From: a candidate division WWE3 bacterium GW2011_GWB1_41_6
GTDB lineage: Bacteria > Patescibacteriota > WWE3 > UBA101185 > UBA10185
Assembly: GCA_000997355.1 (NCBI GenBank)
Contig: LCBS01000004.1
Span: 1-47,478 of the forward strand
DNA length: 47,478 bases
Reading direction: 5' to 3'
The notes beneath the pieces are model-generated. The model worked only from the letters and a program-made list of their open reading frames with translations, did not search any database and was not told the origin of the DNA. Below, piece by piece: positions 42,515 to 47,478 of this stretch. The position numbers and the translations under genes were made by a program. Each line of letters starts with the position of its first letter. The first letter of the stretch is position 1.

Positions 42515-44099
42515 GATCCGTATGTAAACTCGTATCTATCTCCACAAAAGGAAAGGCAAATTCTTCTGCTACTTCCTGCTCTAACCCTAGTGTGACGGGT
42601 TTTGTTAATTTCTCAAACACAGTCTCCCATGGGTAAGCCACGCGTAAGAAACCGGAGAAAAAAATGATATTAAAAATCGCCCAGGAAGCGTTTGTCACAA
42701 CCGATGGAACGATCCCATCCCTGATAACCGCCACAACGATCGCTATGATAGTCAGGACAATATAAATCATGTGAGGAATAACTAATTTAAGATAATTTCC
42801 CGATTCTTTTGATTTGGACGTAACCTTAAACTTAACTTTGATATTGAGTGCTGCAGAAATCGTAGCGGTAAAAAAGACAAAAAAGGAACTCATGGACATT
42901 TGAATTGCGTTGAATGTAATTTGGTTACGAGTTGACATCATCAGCAGAAATATCGTTGAAAAAATGAAAGGGAAAAAGTAGACCATAAAATCACTTGTTT
43001 CAGCACTTACAGGCAAAGCGTCAAAACCTAACGCGAGTAAAGGAATTGCGGCATCTATCAGAACTATTATTCCATTTAGGTAGTAACCTGATGAGTATAA
43101 ATACTGCATTTTCTGAGCCCAGGAAAGACCTCGCCTAAATAATGGGTTGTATTTGAAAATCACTTCAAGAGAACCTCTTGCCCATCTGAACTGCTGGTTC
43201 ACATAATCTTCTAGATTGTGAGGGGCCAAACCTTTGGCAAGAATCTCGGGAATATATATCGTACTCCAACCTTGTTCATGTAAAAACAAGCTAGCCAGGA
43301 AATCTTCCGCAATATTATCTTCGGGAACACCACCGATACTTTCGATTGCCTTACGTTTTATAATTGCGTTTGTTCCGCACCAGAATGTAGCGTTACTTTT
43401 ATTTTTACCGTTGCAAATCGGCCCAAAGAATAGCTCTTGCTGTTCCCACGCCGCTCTTGTTAAAAAATTATCTCCTTTGTTTACGTAATACTGGGGAGTC
43501 TGCACTAGTGCCATCTTTTCATCATTAAAATAACCCATTGTTCTGATTAAAAAGTTCTTTTCGGGTATTTGATCCGCATCAAAAATTGCTATATACGGTG
43601 CTTTGGTAAGTCTCATTGCGTTGTTTACATTACCTGCTTTAAAACCTTTGTTTGTCGGGCGGGATATCGGTACTGCTCCGTATCGTTCCGCCATTATGTC
43701 AATATCCTCCCAGTTATCTTTGCCTGCACCTTTACTGTCATTCAAAACATATGCATTAAAATATGGGTAGGATATATCCATTACTGCTCTTACAGTTTTT
43801 TCAACAACTTCAACAGGCTCCCCGCACACCGTTATGTATATATCTACCGGATGGTAGTATTTTGCCATTTTAAAGGGAATTCTTTTCTGATTGTATATAG
43901 TATACGCGTAACCCAACGCCTGCCACACGTGGAATATCTCCCCAACCACAAGAAATGTATATAACACCGGGTGGCCTGCATTATTAATGTTAAGCCACCA
44001 TGTAAAATATATTAAAGTCAGTAAAACTGCTGTTGATATCAACAGCTTAGAAACTTTTGCGTAGTTTGTTAAAATGATTGGGTCCTTTTCATTGCTCAC
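42504..44099 (-). CDS. cellulose synthase-like processive GT2 (BcsA-like catalytic subunit, no PilZ domain)
   Basis: Motifs GFKAGNVNNA, FDADQIP, FWCGTNA, IAEDF (TED-type) and QQFRWARG (QxxRW), with flanking TM helices. At 531 aa it ends shortly after the last TM helix. The GTG start overlaps the GH8 stop (GTGA). Confidence 0.88.
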   Translation of the reverse strand: MSNEKDPIILTNYAKVSKLLISTAVLLTLIYFTWWLNINNAGHPVLYTFLVVGEIFHVWQALGYAYTIYNQKRIPFKMAKYYHPVDIYITVCGEPVEVVEKTVRAVMDISYPYFNAYVLNDSKGAGKDNWEDIDIMAERYGAVPISRPTNKGFKAGNVNNAMRLTKAPYIAIFDADQIPEKNFLIRTMGYFNDEKMALVQTPQYYVNKGDNFLTRAAWEQQELFFGPICNGKNKSNATFWCGTNAIIKRKAIESIGGVPEDNIAEDFLASLFLHEQGWSTIYIPEILAKGLAPHNLEDYVNQQFRWARGSLEVIFKYNPLFRRGLSWAQKMQYLYSSGYYLNGIIVLIDAAIPLLALGFDALPVSAETSDFMVYFFPFIFSTIFLLMMSTRNQITFNAIQMSMSSFFVFFTATISAALNIKVKFKVTSKSKESGNYLKLVIPHMIYIVLTIIAIVVAVIRDGIVPSVVTNASWAIFNIIFFSGFLRVAYPWETVFEKLTKPVTLGLEQEVAEEFAFPFVEIDTSLHTDHED

Positions 44100-45340
44100 C
44101 TTCTCACTCCCTCCGAACTAAATAAATTCAAAAGACGATCCTGGTACATTGCCATTCCGAACCAAGCCCAGTTCGAGGAATAATATCCAATATCACCATG
44201 AAAATCTTCGCTATCCGGGTTGAACTGTTCTGCAAGTTTGTCGTTGTAAATCTGACCTGCTATCTCCGGCGATATAACTAAGAAGTAGGGGAGCACGGCT
44301 CCGTACATACTTAAAGACTCATCAGATACCAGCGGTTTTCCGTCAAGAGTATAAGCCGATCTGATCGCGCCATACTCGTCCCATTCCGCTTTCAGGAAGC
44401 TAACTTTTGTAAAGTATTCTTTCGCCCGTCTTTCCTGATGCCATTCCCAATCCAAACCTACCCGCCAAAACACTCTTAACGCATCATGGGAAAAAGCAGG
44501 TTCCTCGTCACTAAAAGAATGGGGAATAACCTCTAAAGTGGCGGGGTTTATTTTGATCCAGTCAGGCGGTAGAACTACAGTCGACTTTTCTAATATTTCA
44601 TAGGATGTATCTTTTACTGCCATCCAATCGTGAATTGGATCTACTTTTGAGAATATAGAATATGCCGCCGGTGATAAGTACGAGGGATTAATGATGGGCT
44701 CCGCTTCTAGTTTTGCCCAGTTTCCCGCAGTCATGTATGGTTTGTCTTGGATTATTATTACCTCCTGCTCCCATATGTCATTTAAAATACGCCGAGCTTG
44801 TTCTAAGTAATGAGGTTGGTTCCACCTGTGATATGCAAAAATCAATGCAAGTGCAATATCCTGATCAGCATCCGACGCAGAGTTAAGCCCTCCCTCGCTT
44901 TCAAGGACACCCCAGTTACCCGGACTCAATTCACCCCATTTCCACGCAAATAGATTATCTCCGCGTTTTTTCAGGTTGTGATTTGTCCAAAGAAGAGTCG
45001 CGTCAAATGTCTCTTTATCGTCTAGCCACACAGAGCGGAGAAGGGTATAAGACTGCCCTTCTGAGGTTGTCAGGAAATTTTGTGCTCTATCCATTGTTCT
45101 GCCGTCTTTTTGAACATACTCTCTTTTGTATGCATCCCATAACTGGTTTAAAGTAGCATCGGGATATGTGTCGACATAAACTTTTTCGATCCGATCTCTA
45201 TTAAAAAGTTCACCGGTATGTAATAAAGGTATTTTCGAAAATGGATTAAATCGGAGAATAATTAATACACCGGTTGTTATAAACACCAGTGCCGTGATAA
45301 ACAATAATGCCTTGGAAACGTAAAACTCTTTGTATTGCAA
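44096..45340 (-). CDS. GH8 endoglucanase (BcsZ-like)
   Basis: The GH8 signature ASDADQDIALALIFAYHRW is matched essentially perfectly, with TSEGQSYTLL upstream (catalytic Glu context). N-terminal TM anchor. Confidence 0.88.
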   Translation of the reverse strand: MQYKEFYVSKALLFITALVFITTGVLIILRFNPFSKIPLLHTGELFNRDRIEKVYVDTYPDATLNQLWDAYKREYVQKDGRTMDRAQNFLTTSEGQSYTLLRSVWLDDKETFDATLLWTNHNLKKRGDNLFAWKWGELSPGNWGVLESEGGLNSASDADQDIALALIFAYHRWNQPHYLEQARRILNDIWEQEVIIIQDKPYMTAGNWAKLEAEPIINPSYLSPAAYSIFSKVDPIHDWMAVKDTSYEILEKSTVVLPPDWIKINPATLEVIPHSFSDEEPAFSHDALRVFWRVGLDWEWHQERRAKEYFTKVSFLKAEWDEYGAIRSAYTLDGKPLVSDESLSMYGAVLPYFLVISPEIAGQIYNDKLAEQFNPDSEDFHGDIGYYSSNWAWFGMAMYQDRLLNLFSSEGVRR

Positions 45341-45443
45341 TATAATATCTCCTAATTAAGTACATCGGTTATTGCTGTAGAATAACTTTTGTATTTGAAT
45401 TGGGCATTAAATTTGTGTTAGAATTTTGTTAGAGGAATATATC

Positions 45444-45746
45444 GTGAAAGGATTTTTAACATTTATCAGAGAACAAGGGATAATTGGACTTGCGATGGGG
45501 TTTGTCTTAGGCGGTTCCGTTTCAAAGCTCGTTACTTCATTTGTAAATGATATTATTAATCCGATAATCGGTATCGGACTTGGCAAGGTCGGTCAATTAA
45601 ACAGCCTCGTAATACCACTAGGCCCTGCCAGGATCATGATAGGAAATTTTATTAGCGTACTGATAGATTTCCTTATAATTGCCGGCACTGTTTACTTTAT
45701 ATTTAAACAACTCAAATTGGATAGACTCGACAAGAAAAAAGATTAA
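45444..45746 (+). CDS. mscL: large-conductance mechanosensitive channel
   Basis: (M)KGFLTFIREQGIIGLAMGFVLGGSVSKLVTSFVNDIINPIIG ... FISVLIDFLIIAGTVYFIFK ... KKKD gives full-length similarity to MscL. I chose the GTG at 45444, which has AGAGGA 7 nt upstream. The track TTG at 45426 is an alternative. Confidence 0.9.
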   Translation: MKGFLTFIREQGIIGLAMGFVLGGSVSKLVTSFVNDIINPIIGIGLGKVGQLNSLVIPLGPARIMIGNFISVLIDFLIIAGTVYFIFKQLKLDRLDKKKD

Positions 45747-45764
45747 TCCAATAATTTATTATTA

Positions 45765-46340
45765 ATGAAGCATACCCGCAATTTTTATTCTAGAGATACT
45801 AAAGACGTCGCCAAAGAACTACTGGGAATGGTGTTGGTACACGGCTATTTTTCCGGATACATCACCGAGACGGAAGCTTACATAGGCACTGAAGATAAGG
45901 CAAGTCATGCCAGTTGGCGTAAGAAAGAAACTTGTTTTCCCATGTGGGGTCCTGCCGGATTCACATACGTTTATTTTACATACGGTATGCACCATATGCT
46001 TAACATTGTTACAGAACAACCCGAACTTCCGGCTGCGGTTCTTATAAGAAGTCTGGAACCCGTCACAGGTATAGATACAATGATCAAGAACCGGAATACC
46101 GAAAATGTTCAAAACCTTACTACGGGGCCGGGTAAACTTACTCAAGCTTTGGGAATTGATAAATCGCACAACAACATTGATATAACGGAGAGTGATCTAA
46201 TTTATATAACGAATGAGGGGGCATTAGAAAACTTCGGGATCGTTACCGCTACGAGGATAGGCATAGATTACGCGGAAGAGCACAAGGACAAATTCTGGAG
46301 ATACTACATAAAGGATAATCCTTTTGTGTCGCGTACATAA
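45765..46340 (+). CDS. mpg: DNA-3-methyladenine glycosylase (MPG/AAG family)
   Basis: FYSRDTKDVAKELLG, ITETEAYIGTEDKASHA and GFTYVYFTYGMHHMLNIVT are typical of the MPG family. Confidence 0.9.
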   Translation: MKHTRNFYSRDTKDVAKELLGMVLVHGYFSGYITETEAYIGTEDKASHASWRKKETCFPMWGPAGFTYVYFTYGMHHMLNIVTEQPELPAAVLIRSLEPVTGIDTMIKNRNTENVQNLTTGPGKLTQALGIDKSHNNIDITESDLIYITNEGALENFGIVTATRIGIDYAEEHKDKFWRYYIKDNPFVSRT

Positions 46341-46358
46341 ACCGTACGATCCAGTTGT

Positions 46359-47249
46359 CTATCCCAGAAAAAATCCCTTTTCCCTGAGTCTGGATAAAGA
46401 TTCTATCCCAAATAGAACTATACCGGTAAGCCACTTAGGGTATTTGTTCTTGTAGTGTTTATCATAGAACAACCTCATCGCGCGGGTCGTTTCTTTTTTC
46501 ATCTTTTTTCTTGTTTCCTGGCTTGCAGTCGAAATATCAGTTGTCTGTTTCCTTATCCCAACGGTAACACCTTTATAATGCAGAACAGAGAATTGTGGAA
46601 GGTACATTATTTTAAATCCCGCTTCTTTTGTACGGTAACAGAAATCCACATCCTCCCCGTATAGGAAAAACTGTTCATCCCATTTTCCGATCCGATCAAA
46701 AACCACTCTCCTTATAAACATAAAATGGGCTATACAGAGATCTATTTCGTGAGGTTGTTTCATATCTAAGCCACCTAGAAAGTAACGGTTGAAAAAACGG
46801 GAGTCAGGAAATATTTTATTTATTTTAGTAAAGTGTGTAAACGCAGCCCATGGGGTAGGAAAGCCGCGGTGCGCATCCATGTCTACAGTTCCGTCACGAA
46901 GAACTAGCTTTGCAGTTGAAATACCCACGTTGTTATTTTCTTCCATATACTCGATCATCCCACTCACCGTCTCAGAAGTCGGGTAAGCGTCGGTACCCAT
47001 ATACAAAACATAATCTCCACGCGATCTTTCCAAACCCAAATTACTTCCTGCGGCTAAACCGTTATTTGTGGTTTCAATAAGTAATACCTCGTTGAATTCA
47101 TTACGGACCATTTCCGCAGAACCATCGGAGGAGCCGTTATCTACAACGATTATTTCCTTTTCAGGGTAGATACTTAGGAGGTTGACCAGGCATTTCTGCA
47201 AAAGGTCACGGGTATTGTAATTTATTATTACTATTGAAAGGAACGGCAT
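46359..47249 (-). CDS. family-2 glycosyltransferase (rhamnosyltransferase-like)
   Basis: MPFLSIVIINYNTRDLL, VVDNGSSDGS and a DxD-type motif (YMGTDAY). I prefer the ATG at 47249 to the GTG at 47273. Confidence 0.85.
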   Translation of the reverse strand: MPFLSIVIINYNTRDLLQKCLVNLLSIYPEKEIIVVDNGSSDGSAEMVRNEFNEVLLIETTNNGLAAGSNLGLERSRGDYVLYMGTDAYPTSETVSGMIEYMEENNNVGISTAKLVLRDGTVDMDAHRGFPTPWAAFTHFTKINKIFPDSRFFNRYFLGGLDMKQPHEIDLCIAHFMFIRRVVFDRIGKWDEQFFLYGEDVDFCYRTKEAGFKIMYLPQFSVLHYKGVTVGIRKQTTDISTASQETRKKMKKETTRAMRLFYDKHYKNKYPKWLTGIVLFGIESLSRLREKGFFLG

Positions 47250-47295
47250 CTTTATGATTATAGATGTTCGCACCCCGATAGTCTAACGGAACTTG

Positions 47296-47478
47296 TCATT
47301 TACACTTAAAAATAAAAACTACCGGAGTATTCTTAGGACCAAAACTTTTTTCCATAACCGGACATAGTTCATATTCAATATTCCTGCGGTCAAAGTCCAA
47401 TGACGCTACAATGTAATCGGTAGTTTCGCTCAGATCACGTTGTATGTTCCCCTTATAGTAGTACGAAAAGGATTCAAA
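47296..47478 (-). CDS. 3-prime end of an ORF entering from the right edge of the window (hypothetical)
   Basis: The minus-strand frame is open from nt 47478 down to the TGA (47296-47298). It reads FESFSYYYKGNIQRDLSETTDYIVASLDFDRRNIEYELCPVMEKSFGPKNTPVVFIFKCK. It is absent from the track because it has no start codon in the window. Confidence 0.3.
   Translation of the reverse strand, partial: FESFSYYYKGNIQRDLSETTDYIVASLDFDRRNIEYELCPVMEKSFGPKNTPVVFIFKCK

Noticed and set aside
1-47478. Searched by eye for CRISPR arrays, tRNA/rRNA genes, IS elements, integrases, toxin-antitoxin pairs, restriction-modification systems and other defence systems.
   Set aside because: I found no regularly spaced short repeats, no T-loop/acceptor-stem patterns in the intergenic regions, no DDE or tyrosine-recombinase motifs and no obvious defence-gene signatures. 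This was only a manual scan, so tRNAscan-SE, Infernal, ISfinder and DefenseFinder-type searches are needed to confirm the absence.

Overview
AT-rich, gene-dense bacterial window with about 46 protein-coding genes. I found no rRNA, tRNA, CRISPR array, transposase or integrase by eye. The standard code fits, since TGA, TAA and TAG all terminate long ORFs. The gene content is dominated by envelope and surface functions: three GT-C glycosyltransferases, two exopolysaccharide loci, a giant surface protein, a truncated MgtE and a DUF5652-like miniprotein. This points to an uncultivated small-genome lineage such as Patescibacteria/CPR, but that is inference only.

Main blocks:
- 1-9.5 kb: housekeeping and mixed genes (PD40 repeat protein, SpoU methyltransferase, MFS transporter, DEAD-box helicase, FemAB-like, spermidine-synthase-like, CopC-cupredoxin). 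They flank a 1.45-kb ORF-free region (4184-5631) that carries a family of conserved non-coding repeats, strong hairpins and an orphan terminator.
- 9.5-14.2 kb, minus strand: GT-C, CE4 deacetylase, processive GT2 synthase, an unannotated 47-aa membrane sORF and GH18. This looks like a chitin/chitosan-like or PNAG-like polysaccharide locus.
- 15.9-27 kb: MgtE, a metzincin with a coiled-coil insert, then one 3014-codon surface-protein reading frame (17956-27003) interrupted by a single in-frame TAA at 19399-19401. It is built from seven copies of an unrecognised ~100-aa module (WEYWNG...DW.TTS.NGEG.SYYYVRAR) nested in duplicated BNR-like regions.
- 27-35.6 kb: CorA, DsbB-like, rpsD, a C39-like/TPR protein, a snapalysin-like protease, a SurA-like chaperone, a Clp_N-only protein and RarA.
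- 35.6-45.3 kb, minus strand: a GH5 cellulase with two CBM-like modules, plus a GH8, PilZ-less BcsA-like synthase, GT-C, GT-C, GerMN operon.
- 45.4-47.5 kb: mscL, mpg and a GT2.

All calls rest on motif recognition by eye. No database search was run.
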